From: a virus
Taxonomy: Duplodnaviria > Caudoviricetes
Virus record (IMG/VR): IMGVR_UViG_3300036790_000100
Location: 1 to 51,218 of that record
Reading direction: 5' to 3' (one strand)
Length of the DNA: 51,218 bases
Part shown: positions 9,810 through 18,613 of the stretch, piece by piece
How the letters are laid out: every line of letters begins with the position of its first letter
How positions within the stretch are numbered: position 1 is the stretch's first letter
Made by a program: the position numbers and the translations under genes
Notes under the pieces: generated by a model
Told to the model about the DNA's origin: nothing
The model's input: only the letters and a program-made list of their open reading frames with translations
Databases searched by the model: none

Positions 9810-10091
9810 ATGCCCGACCCGACCACAGACCCGGCAGCCACCGCGGCCGCCGCAGCTCCCAAGCCGAAGCAGAAAGTGAGCCTCGGCCGAATCGTCCACC
9901 ACCGCGATGTGCACGGACTCACCCACGCGGCGATCGTGACCAAGGTGCACGCCGATGGCACCGCGAGCCTGCACGTGTTCCCGCACGATGCCCCCTCGCA
10001 TCACGTCCACCAAGTCGCCGAGGTCAGCGCAGAGCACGACCCGGAATCCGAGACCCACAGCAGCGGCTGGCACTGGCCGAAGCTGCTGTAA
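9810..10091 (+). CDS. Hypothetical His-rich phage protein
   Basis: GGAG RBS; SLGRIVH..AAIVTKVH..LHVF..WHWP pattern. Confidence 0.75.
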   Translation: MPDPTTDPAATAAAAAPKPKQKVSLGRIVHHRDVHGLTHAAIVTKVHADGTASLHVFPHDAPSHHVHQVAEVSAEHDPESETHSSGWHWPKLL

Positions 10092-10111
10092 CACCAGGAG
10101 GATCAGCAGAC

Positions 10112-10291
10112 ATGGCAAAGCACTGGATGGCCGAGGCCTTCAAGAACGCCCACGGCCAGCTGCACAAGGCGCTGGGCGTCTCGGCCGACAAGACGATCCC
10201 GCGCTCGAAGCTGAAGGAGGCGGTGAAGAAGGGCGGCGTGACCGGCCACCGCGCACAGGCGGTGCTCAACGCGCATCCGCTGTCTGACTGA
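10112..10291 (+). CDS. Small basic protein (59 aa, not in the ORF track)
   Basis: AGGAGG RBS; MAKHWMAEAFKNAHGQLHKALGVSADKTIP... Confidence 0.7.
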   Translation: MAKHWMAEAFKNAHGQLHKALGVSADKTIPRSKLKEAVKKGGVTGHRAQAVLNAHPLSD

Positions 10292-10307
10292 TCTGGGCTA
10301 CCGTCGC

Positions 10308-10337
10308 TTGACCTTTGCCGGTCATCGGCGGTAGCTT
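10308..10337 (+). promoter_or_regulatory. Putative capsid-gene promoter
   Basis: TTGACC-18 bp-TAGCTT; shares GGTAGCTTT with the promoter at 2137. Confidence 0.5.
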
Positions 10338-10521
10338 TCGACTCCAAGCTGATCGGCCGGACACCCCGCTCTAACAGGCGGCCCTGGCTCAGGTCAGTCG
10401 AACGTCAGACGTTCGGCACTGGAAGGCATCAGGCGGCACCGGCAACGGTCACCCCGCCGACGGCACGAAGGTCACCCCGAAAGTTGGGCAGTAAACCAAC
10501 CCATTTTCGGGAGTCACACAC

Positions 10522-11367
10522 GTGGCCGATAGTGCATTTCAAATCCAGTACCGCCAGGAGTTCATCGCACAGTTCGAGCAGCGCCAGAGCCTGCTGCGCG
10601 ACAGCTGCACGACCGAGGCGGTGATCAAGGGCAACACCGCGGTGTTCCTGGTCGCAGGTTCGGGCGGCGCGACGGCAGTCAACCGGGGTCTGAATGGCCT
10701 CATCCCTGCTCGAGCGGACAGCCTGACGCAGAATTCCGCCACCCTCAATGAGTGGCACGATCTGGTCCGCAAGACCAACTTCAACGTGTTCGCATCGCAG
10801 GGCAACCAGCGGGCGATCATGCAGCAGTCCACGATGGCGGTCATCAACCGTAAGACCGACCAGGACATCATCAGCCAGCTGCAGACGGCCACCGTCAACA
10901 CGGGTGCCGCGCAGCCCGCCTCCCTCATGCTGGTCACCCGGGCAAAGACGAAGCTCGGCAACGCCGGCGTGCCGTGGGATGGGAACATCACGTTCCTGAT
11001 CACCCCGGCCTTCGAGGGCTACCTGATGCAGATTCCGGAGTTCGCGAACCGGCTCTACATCAACAAGCCCCCGACCGATGGTGCACTTGCCGCCTGGCGC
11101 GACAAGCCGCAATCGTACTGGTGGAACGGTGCGATGTGGATCGTGCATCCGAACCTGCCGGGTGCGGGCACCAACGCGGAGCAGTGCTTCGCGTATCACA
11201 AGAGCGCGATCGGACATGCGATCGACTCCGCGGGCCTCGAGGCGCCCGTGGGATACGATGAGGAACAGGCGTACACCTGGGCCCGCGCATCCGCCAACAT
11301 GGGGAGCAAGGTGCTGCAGAACAGCGGCATCGTGCTGATCAACCACGACGGCAGCGCGCTGTCCTAA
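10522..11367 (+). CDS. Major capsid protein
   Basis: AFQIQYRQEFIAQFEQRQSLLR N-terminus, AYHKSAIG and KVLQNSGIV C-terminal motifs; follows the scaffold. Confidence 0.9.
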   Translation: MADSAFQIQYRQEFIAQFEQRQSLLRDSCTTEAVIKGNTAVFLVAGSGGATAVNRGLNGLIPARADSLTQNSATLNEWHDLVRKTNFNVFASQGNQRAIMQQSTMAVINRKTDQDIISQLQTATVNTGAAQPASLMLVTRAKTKLGNAGVPWDGNITFLITPAFEGYLMQIPEFANRLYINKPPTDGALAAWRDKPQSYWWNGAMWIVHPNLPGAGTNAEQCFAYHKSAIGHAIDSAGLEAPVGYDEEQAYTWARASANMGSKVLQNSGIVLINHDGSALS

Positions 11368-11393
11368 GCCGCTTACCTTCAGGAGTTTCGTCA

Positions 11394-11795
11394 ATGAAGC
11401 ACTACTTGCGAAACCGCGCATTCGGCGCGCGGCTGCCGCTGGCCCTGGCTCGGCTTGGGCTCTTTGCGTACAACACGGCGAACCCGCCGGTTGCCGTCTC
11501 GGTCGGCCCCCTGGCTGGCTTTGGCGCCAACGAGCCCGGCGGCACCAACACGATCCCGAAGCTCTGGGTCTACTCCAGCGCCGATGCGATCGCGACGGTG
11601 CAGGCCGCCGGTTACTTCACGAATGGCCTCACCCTGGGCATGCGGGTCGGCGATATCGTGTTTGTGATCGACAACAACCTGGTGCGCATGTACCCGTCAT
11701 TTGTGACGGTTGTCACGCCCACCGCCGGCGCTCCGGCTGTTGCCGGTACCGGCTCGTCCACCATCAACAGCACGACCACGTTGCTGGCGGACTGA
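11394..11795 (+). CDS. Capsid decoration/minor capsid protein
   Basis: W.Y.SADAIATVQAAGYF...MRVGDIVFV motif directly after the capsid gene. Confidence 0.7.
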   Translation: MKHYLRNRAFGARLPLALARLGLFAYNTANPPVAVSVGPLAGFGANEPGGTNTIPKLWVYSSADAIATVQAAGYFTNGLTLGMRVGDIVFVIDNNLVRMYPSFVTVVTPTAGAPAVAGTGSSTINSTTTLLAD

Positions 11796-11824
11796 CCCCA
11801 ACTGCGAAGATCGATTCGCACCTG

Positions 11825-11858
11825 AAGGGCGCCCCATCAACCGGGCGCCCTTTTTGTT
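11825..11858 (+). terminator. Intrinsic terminator after head genes
   Basis: AAGGGCGCCC-loop-GGGCGCCCTT followed by TTTGTTT. Confidence 0.85.
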
Positions 11859-11884
11859 TCTCCACCCAAACGAGGATCGCACCC

Positions 11885-12421
11885 ATGGCAGAGACCAACC
11901 AGCAAGCCGCCGTGAAGGCGGAAGCCGCGCAGCCTGCGCGCCTGATCGCTCCCATCAACGCCGATCGGCTCAGCTTCGCCGAGAGCAGCATGTGCCGCTG
12001 GCGGCTGGTGCTGCACGCCGGCACCGAGCCTGATGACATCCTGCCCGTTAGCTTCTGGGCAAACCTGGCGAGCTCCTTCGGCCCTCCGGAGAAGGCCGAC
12101 CAGGTGCGCGGCAGCGAAGTCGTCGTGCTCACCGAGGATATGAAATGGACCGCGGTGCTGATCGTCGTGGACTACGGTGCCAACTGGGCGAAGCTCGTGT
12201 TCCAGACCACCGCCAAGGGCGAGCGGCTGATCACGCAGCTGGGCGGCCTGCAGCGATCGCGCGTGGTGCACCTGCCCGGTCACACCGTCAACTACGGCGG
12301 CGTGTTCGGCAAGTGGCGCGTGGTGCGCGACATCGACGGGGCGGTGCTGCGCGATAAATTCAGCACCGAAGGCGAAGCCCACGGATGGCTGGCCGAGTAC
12401 GCCAAGAGCATCGCGGCATGA
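11885..12421 (+). CDS. Hypothetical protein
   Basis: GAGG RBS, typical codon usage, ATGA coupling to the next gene. Confidence 0.75.
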   Translation: MAETNQQAAVKAEAAQPARLIAPINADRLSFAESSMCRWRLVLHAGTEPDDILPVSFWANLASSFGPPEKADQVRGSEVVVLTEDMKWTAVLIVVDYGANWAKLVFQTTAKGERLITQLGGLQRSRVVHLPGHTVNYGGVFGKWRVVRDIDGAVLRDKFSTEGEAHGWLAEYAKSIAA

Positions 12422-14184
12422 AAAACCTGCGCCTCAAGCTGCTCGGCTTTGTGGCGCTGCTGCTGGGGGCGTCCGTCGCCCTCGGTCAGCAGCAGGTCAT
12501 CAACATCGGCACCGGCCCGAACATGGGCAACGGTGACCAGTTCCGCACCTTGGCGATCAAGGACAACGCCAACACGGCGCAGCTGTATGGTTCGCTGGGT
12601 CCGAACAGCCAGCTGAAAGCCACCGGCCTGATCGGTGTGCTGGATCTTGCGGCGCTGTGGAACTGCGGCTTCACCCCGCAGGCCATGCTCTCCAATGGCA
12701 GCTGCGGCACGCCCGGCACGGTCACCAGCGTGGGCCTGGCGGACCTTTCGACCACGCCGATCTTCGGCATCACCAATACCCCGGTGGTCGGAATCGGCAC
12801 GCTTGATCTGACCCTCAAGACGCAAAACGCCAACCTGGTGTTCGCAGGTCCCATCACCGGCGGCGCCGCGCAACCGAGCTTCCGCGCGCTGGTGTCAGCC
12901 GACTTGCCGCTGACCATCACCGGCCTGACCTCGGTCAGCTCCACCGCATTTGTCGGTGCACTCACCGGCAACGCCACGACGTCGACCACGGCGACCTCGG
13001 CCACGAATCTGCTCAACGGCGCCGCCGGCAGCATCCCCTACCAGACGGGCGCCGGCGCGACGAGCATGCTGGCTACGGCAAGCGGCGTCCTGGTCGGTGG
13101 CACGACGCCCGCCTGGTCCACGACCCCAACGCTCACCGGCACCAACTTCAGCGGCACGGCGGCATCCCTCACCACCGGCGCCGTGACCACCACCGCCTCA
13201 AGCACCAACAGCGCCTTCAACGTGCTGTTCGGGCTCACCAGCTCGACGCTGGGCTTCAAGAGCAGCGGCTTCACGTTCAACCCCTCGACCGGGGCGCTGG
13301 CCGCCACCAGCTTCACGGGCAACGTGACCGGCACGCTCACCGGCAACGCCAGCACCGCAACCGCGCTGGCCGCGGCTCCGAGCGGCTGCACCAACCAGTT
13401 CATGACCAGCATCGCGGCCAGCGGCAACGCGAACTGCTCCTCCGCGATCAGCCCCGTCATGACCGGCTCCTGGCTGTACACGGGCAACACGCAGTCGATC
13501 GGCGCCGGCAACAGCGGTGTGACCCTCGGCACGGACGGCAACAGCACGACCAATGCGCAGATGGCCTTTCTCAACAGCGCCGGGCAGGGATGGGCGTGCA
13601 AGATAGGCGCGCTCGCATCGGGTGACTTCGACTGCTACACCATGACGGCGCTGCAGACCGGCTTCGGTGACAGTTGGCTCGACGTGCGCGGCAGTCCATC
13701 AGCGATCACCTCGGTCTGGTTCAATTTGCCAGTGTCCACCAGCGCGCAGAGCGGGTACGTGTGCCACAACACCAATGCTGCCACCGGCGAGACATACGAC
13801 GGCACGAACACCTGCCTGGTCTCGAGCATCCGCTACAAGCAGGACGTGCAGCCGATCGATGAAGGTCTCGATGCGGTGATGAAGCTGCGGCCGATCACCT
13901 ATGAGCTCAAGGATCCGACCGACCGGGCGAGGATCGGCGATCAGTTCAAAGGCAACGCGCACCAGATCGGCTTCATTGCCGAGGAAGTGCAGAAGATCGA
14001 CCCGCGGCTGACACCGCTCGATGCGCAAGGTCTGCCGCGCGGTGTCGAATACGCGCAGATGACGGCACTGCTCGCCAAGGCGATTCAGCAGCAGCAGCAC
14101 GAGCTCTATGCGCTGTGGATCGCGGTCATCCTGCTGTTCACCTGGTCCGCTGGTTTAACCATCCGAGGACGCATCAAGCCATGA
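12418..14184 (+). CDS. Fibre-like protein with C-terminal intramolecular chaperone (peptidase S74) domain, N-terminal signal peptide and C-terminal TM helix
   Basis: SSIRYKQDV..LRPITY..IGFIAEEVQ..GVEY..L.KAIQ chaperone motif; T/G/S-rich GxLTGNA repeats; INIG..N.G.GD.FR N-terminal motif. Confidence 0.8.
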   Translation: MKNLRLKLLGFVALLLGASVALGQQQVINIGTGPNMGNGDQFRTLAIKDNANTAQLYGSLGPNSQLKATGLIGVLDLAALWNCGFTPQAMLSNGSCGTPGTVTSVGLADLSTTPIFGITNTPVVGIGTLDLTLKTQNANLVFAGPITGGAAQPSFRALVSADLPLTITGLTSVSSTAFVGALTGNATTSTTATSATNLLNGAAGSIPYQTGAGATSMLATASGVLVGGTTPAWSTTPTLTGTNFSGTAASLTTGAVTTTASSTNSAFNVLFGLTSSTLGFKSSGFTFNPSTGALAATSFTGNVTGTLTGNASTATALAAAPSGCTNQFMTSIAASGNANCSSAISPVMTGSWLYTGNTQSIGAGNSGVTLGTDGNSTTNAQMAFLNSAGQGWACKIGALASGDFDCYTMTALQTGFGDSWLDVRGSPSAITSVWFNLPVSTSAQSGYVCHNTNAATGETYDGTNTCLVSSIRYKQDVQPIDEGLDAVMKLRPITYELKDPTDRARIGDQFKGNAHQIGFIAEEVQKIDPRLTPLDAQGLPRGVEYAQMTALLAKAIQQQQHELYALWIAVILLFTWSAGLTIRGRIKP

Positions 14185-14849
14185 CACTCGCAACGCAGCT
14201 TTCGATTTACAACGGCGCCTGCACGGCGATCGGCGAGCGCATCCTGCAGCCGGCGAGCCCTGGCGGGACCTACTCGACCGAGAATCGCGAGAGCCGCCGC
14301 GCGCTCGATGATGTGTGGAACCGAGGGGGCGTACGCACCTGCTTGTCGATGGGCCTGTGGAACTTCGCCGGCCGCGGCATCCAGTGGAACTACGATCCGG
14401 ACTACACGCCACCCTTCGGGTACCAGTGCGCCTTTCAGCTGCCGACCGACTGGGTGCGCTGGATGATGGTGTGCACCGATCCTTACATGTCGAACCCGCT
14501 GATCCAGTACACCGACGAGGGTCAATATTTCTTCTGCGACCTGCAGATCCTCTACGTGAAGTACTGCTCGAGCGACCCCAAGTTCGGCATGAACATGGCC
14601 TTCTGGCCGGACAATTTCCAGCGCTACGTCGAGTACTACTTTGCACAGGCGATCTGCCTGCGCGTCACCGGGGATCAGAAGAAGCTCGAGGATGTGGCAA
14701 AGCTCGCCGATCAGGCGCTGAAGAAAGCGAAGTCCACCGACGCCATGAACGAATCGACCGCGATGCTCCCCGCTGGCCAGTGGCGCCAGGCGCGGCACGG
14801 CCGACGTGCGAATGTCGATCGCGGCAACCCTTACGATCTGTACGGGTAA
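14181..14849 (+). CDS. Tail tubular protein A (adaptor, T7 gp11-like)
   Basis: IYNGAC.AIG, WNFA, P.FGY..AFQLPTDW motifs; precedes tubular protein B. Confidence 0.85.
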   Translation: MTLATQLSIYNGACTAIGERILQPASPGGTYSTENRESRRALDDVWNRGGVRTCLSMGLWNFAGRGIQWNYDPDYTPPFGYQCAFQLPTDWVRWMMVCTDPYMSNPLIQYTDEGQYFFCDLQILYVKYCSSDPKFGMNMAFWPDNFQRYVEYYFAQAICLRVTGDQKKLEDVAKLADQALKKAKSTDAMNESTAMLPAGQWRQARHGRRANVDRGNPYDLYG

Positions 14850-14852
14850 ACG

Positions 14853-17696
14853 ATGCCCACCGAAAATCAAGCCACCCTCGCCTTCAACCGCGGGGTGCTG
14901 TCCACCCTTGGCTTAGCGCGTACCGATATCACCCGGTATCGCATGTCCGCCGAGGTCATGACCAACTGGATGGCCCGCGTGCTCGGCAGCATGATGCTGC
15001 GCGCCGGCGTGGGCTATGGCGGCGGTTCGCTGGGCAACGCCTTCGCGAAGTCGATCCCCTTCGTGTTCGCGGCAAGGGACACCGCGCGCCTGGAAATGAC
15101 CCCCGGGGCGATGCGCGTGTGGGTGAATGATGCGCTGATCACCCGGCCCGTGGTGAGCACGGCGGTGACCAACGGTACTTTCATCGGCAGCACCGCCGGC
15201 TGGACCGACAACAGCCAGGCCGGCTGCACCGTCACCTGGAACGGCAACTCGAACGTCTCCTTCGTCGGCACCGGCCCCTTGGGCAACAACGCGATCCTCG
15301 ACCAGGAGCTCACGGTCAACAATGACGGTAGCCAGACGCTGCGCAACGCGCTACGCATCATCGTCCTGCGCGGTCCGATCACCCTGCGCCTGGGCACCAG
15401 CGAAGGGGATGACAGTCTCATCAATGAGACGATCCTCAACCAGGGCACACATTCGCTGGCCTTTACACCGGGCGGTGCGACGGTGTGGGTCCGCTTCCAG
15501 GCCTCCGGCCAGCAACAGTCGATCCTGGGCTCGTGCGTCATCGAAGGCGCCGGTGTCATGCAGCTTCCGGCGCAATGGGCGGCAGTTGATCTTCCAAACC
15601 TGCGTTGGTCACAGTCGGCGGACGTGATCTATATCGGCTGCACGAGCGCTGCCGGCGGCTATGAGCAGCAGCAGGTCGAACGGCGCGCCACCGATTCCTG
15701 GTCGATGGTCTCCTACTTTGAGACCGCAACCCTTGGGCCCTTCCGCGCGATCAACATCACGAATGTGACGCTGACCCCAAGCGGGGTGACCGGGGATATC
15801 ACCCTCACCGCCAGCAATCCGCTGTTCAAACCCGGTCACGTGGGCGCGCTGTTTCGGCTGCTGTCGATCGGCCAGGTGGTGACGGCCGCGCTCGCCGCGG
15901 CGAACGTGTACACCGATCCGATCCTGGTGACCGGCGTTGGCGCGCAGCGTGCGTTGCAGTTGACCGCCACCGGCACTTTCTCCGGGGAGCTGGTGCTGCA
16001 GTACTCAGTTGGCGCACCTGGCACCTGGATCGACCAGGCGCCCCCGCCGCTCGCATTCCCGCTCAACTACAGCTACGTGGACGGCCTGGACAATCAGACC
16101 ATCTACTACCGCATCGGGATCCTGCCCGGGGATTACACCTCCGGGACGGCCAATGTGTCGCTCGCGATTCCGACCGGCTCGATCACCGGCATTGCGCGCG
16201 TGACCGGCTACCAAAGCAGCACAGTGGTGAACGCGGCCGTGCTCGAGGCCTTGGGGTCTACCGCGGCGACGGCCAACTGGTACGAGGGCGCCTGGTCAGC
16301 TTTCCGCGGCTTCCCGGCGACCAATCAGCTGTGGCAGGGAAGGCTGTGGTGGTTCGGCGTATCGATCTTTGGCTCGGTGTCGGACGACTACAATAATTTC
16401 GATGACACGGTGATCGGGGATTCCGCGCCGATCGTGGGACAGCTCGACGCCGGCGCGGTCGAGAACGTCTACTGGGCCGTGGCGCTGCAGCAGCTCGTCA
16501 TCGGCACCGCCTCGGCCGAGACCTCCGCTCGATCGACGTATTTGGGCGATCCGATCACACCCACGAACTTCAACATCTTGACCGGCAGCACGCAGGGCTC
16601 GGCCTTCGTGAATGCCGTGCAGGTGGACCTGGCCGGCATCTTCGTGCAGATCACCGGCAGCCGCGTGTTCTCACTGAACCTCGATATCTATACATACAGT
16701 TATAAGTCGCAGGAACTCACGCTCATGTGCCCGGACTTCAACGCTGCGGGCATCGTCGGCATCGCGCTGCAGAACAAGCCGGATCGACGCCTGCACTGCT
16801 GGCGCACCGATGGCACCGTCGGCGTCATGGTCTATGACCCGACCGAGAACGTGAATTGCTGGCTCGAGGTGGCGATCGGCGGCAACGGCTTTGTCGAGGA
16901 TGTGTGCGTGCTGCCCGGCTCCGGCATCCCGGAGGATCAGGTCTACTACACCGTGCGGCGCACGATCAACGGCCAGACGGTGCGCTACTTCGAGAAGTGG
17001 GCGCTCGAGCAGGACTGCACCGGCCTCATGGTGTGCAAGTGCATGGACTCCTTCGTGGAGTACTCAGGCGTCGGCACCACCAACCTGCCGCAGATCGCAC
17101 CTCATCTGCCCGGTCAGACCGTGTGCGTATGGGGCTGGAACGCGGTGAACCCGTACACCGATGGGAACGGCAACCAGGTGGGCGTGGATCTGGGCACCTA
17201 TCTGGTCGCGGCCGACGGCTCGGTCACCGGCCTGCAGCTCAACAACGCCCCCTACTTCGTGACCGATGCGGTGGTGGGCCTGCCGTACACCGCGCAGTGG
17301 CAGTCGATGAAGCAGGCCTTCGCCGCGGCGATGGGCACGCCATTGAACCAGCCCAAGCGCATCAGCCGGCTCGGCATGGTGCTGCAGAACACGCACAGCC
17401 AGGGGATCCTCATGGGCCCCGACTTCGATCACCTGGACAGCATCCCGCAGGAGGATATCCCACAGATCCTGGTCCAAGGCACCGCCGACACCACGACCCA
17501 GACGGCCGACTCGACCGGGAATATCGACACCGAGTTTGAAATGCCGGACCTCAACACGGTGTTCACCGAGTACGACACGCAGATGACCGCCTTCAATGAC
17601 ATCTGGTCCACCGACTCGCGCGTGTGCCTGCAGGCCGCATCCCCGCGGCCATGCACTGTTCTCGCCTTCACCGTAGGGATGACTGACAATGGTTGA
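14853..17696 (+). CDS. Tail tubular protein B (nozzle)
   Basis: 947 aa; AFNRGVLS start, IPFVF, QSADV, GFP....WQGRLW, VGLPY, SPRPCTVL end. Confidence 0.88.
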   Translation: MPTENQATLAFNRGVLSTLGLARTDITRYRMSAEVMTNWMARVLGSMMLRAGVGYGGGSLGNAFAKSIPFVFAARDTARLEMTPGAMRVWVNDALITRPVVSTAVTNGTFIGSTAGWTDNSQAGCTVTWNGNSNVSFVGTGPLGNNAILDQELTVNNDGSQTLRNALRIIVLRGPITLRLGTSEGDDSLINETILNQGTHSLAFTPGGATVWVRFQASGQQQSILGSCVIEGAGVMQLPAQWAAVDLPNLRWSQSADVIYIGCTSAAGGYEQQQVERRATDSWSMVSYFETATLGPFRAINITNVTLTPSGVTGDITLTASNPLFKPGHVGALFRLLSIGQVVTAALAAANVYTDPILVTGVGAQRALQLTATGTFSGELVLQYSVGAPGTWIDQAPPPLAFPLNYSYVDGLDNQTIYYRIGILPGDYTSGTANVSLAIPTGSITGIARVTGYQSSTVVNAAVLEALGSTAATANWYEGAWSAFRGFPATNQLWQGRLWWFGVSIFGSVSDDYNNFDDTVIGDSAPIVGQLDAGAVENVYWAVALQQLVIGTASAETSARSTYLGDPITPTNFNILTGSTQGSAFVNAVQVDLAGIFVQITGSRVFSLNLDIYTYSYKSQELTLMCPDFNAAGIVGIALQNKPDRRLHCWRTDGTVGVMVYDPTENVNCWLEVAIGGNGFVEDVCVLPGSGIPEDQVYYTVRRTINGQTVRYFEKWALEQDCTGLMVCKCMDSFVEYSGVGTTNLPQIAPHLPGQTVCVWGWNAVNPYTDGNGNQVGVDLGTYLVAADGSVTGLQLNNAPYFVTDAVVGLPYTAQWQSMKQAFAAAMGTPLNQPKRISRLGMVLQNTHSQGILMGPDFDHLDSIPQEDIPQILVQGTADTTTQTADSTGNIDTEFEMPDLNTVFTEYDTQMTAFNDIWSTDSRVCLQAASPRPCTVLAFTVGMTDNG

Positions 17697-18174
17697 GACC
17701 ACTCGGCGCGTCGTGCCGCACTTCCAGCGTGAGGAGCTCGCCGCCGTACGCTCGGCGCGGCTGCAGCTGCTGCTGATTGAGCACTGGAATGAGGTGGCCT
17801 ACTACAAGGACATCCCGCTCGAGGTGGACTGGCTGAAGTACGAGAAGATCGACGAGGCCAACAAGCTGCGCATCTACACCGCGCGCCACGAGCACCAGCT
17901 GATCGGCTATGCCTGCTACGTGGTGGACTTCCACGGCCACTATGCCAGCTGCTACCAGGCGATCCAGGACGTGCTGTTCCTCACGCCTGAATACCGGCAT
18001 GCCCGGATCGGTTCACAGCTGGTCGCCTTTGCCGACACGATGATGCGGGCCGAAGGGGTGCGCCTGGTGGCGCAGCACTCCAAGCTCGCGCACCCGATCG
18101 ATGCGGTGCTCAAGCGCCAACGGTATTCGCCGGTGGAGACGATCTGGATGAAGCGCCTGGACCAGGAGCAATAA
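17689..18174 (+). CDS. GNAT-family N-acetyltransferase
   Basis: LIGY, DVLFLTPEYRHARIGSQLV acetyl-CoA motif A; usual position after the nozzle gene. Confidence 0.8.
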   Translation: MVETTRRVVPHFQREELAAVRSARLQLLLIEHWNEVAYYKDIPLEVDWLKYEKIDEANKLRIYTARHEHQLIGYACYVVDFHGHYASCYQAIQDVLFLTPEYRHARIGSQLVAFADTMMRAEGVRLVAQHSKLAHPIDAVLKRQRYSPVETIWMKRLDQEQ

Positions 18175-18178
18175 GAAT

Positions 18179-18613
18179 ATGGGTGCAACCGCAATGATGG
18201 CTGGCACGGTAGTCGGCGGCTACATGAAGAAAAAGGCCGATGATCAGTCGGCCGCGCTGCTGCAGCAGGAGGCCGGCCAATCGGTCGCCAGCGGCATCCA
18301 GGGTGCGATCGCCGAGAATCGAAAAGCCACGTACGTCGCCTCGAACGCTCGAGCACGCAGCGTCGCCGGCGGTCTGGCGAGCACCAGTCCCAGCGTGATC
18401 AACAACGTCGGATTGATCAAAGGTCAGGGTGCGTACGATGCGCTCACCTCGATCTACCAGGGCGAGGATCGCTCCAGCGAGCTCGACACGCGCGCGATCG
18501 GCATGGAGAACGAGGGCAACGCTGCGATGGTATCCGGGTGGATCGGCGGTATGTCGAACGTCATGAAGGGGACGGGCAACAACAGCTTCTATAGCAAGTA
18601 CGGGAGCAGCTGA
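18179..18613 (+). CDS. Small internal virion (ejection) protein
   Basis: A/G/S-rich helical protein, first of the ejection-gene cluster. Confidence 0.7.
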   Translation: MGATAMMAGTVVGGYMKKKADDQSAALLQQEAGQSVASGIQGAIAENRKATYVASNARARSVAGGLASTSPSVINNVGLIKGQGAYDALTSIYQGEDRSSELDTRAIGMENEGNAAMVSGWIGGMSNVMKGTGNNSFYSKYGSS

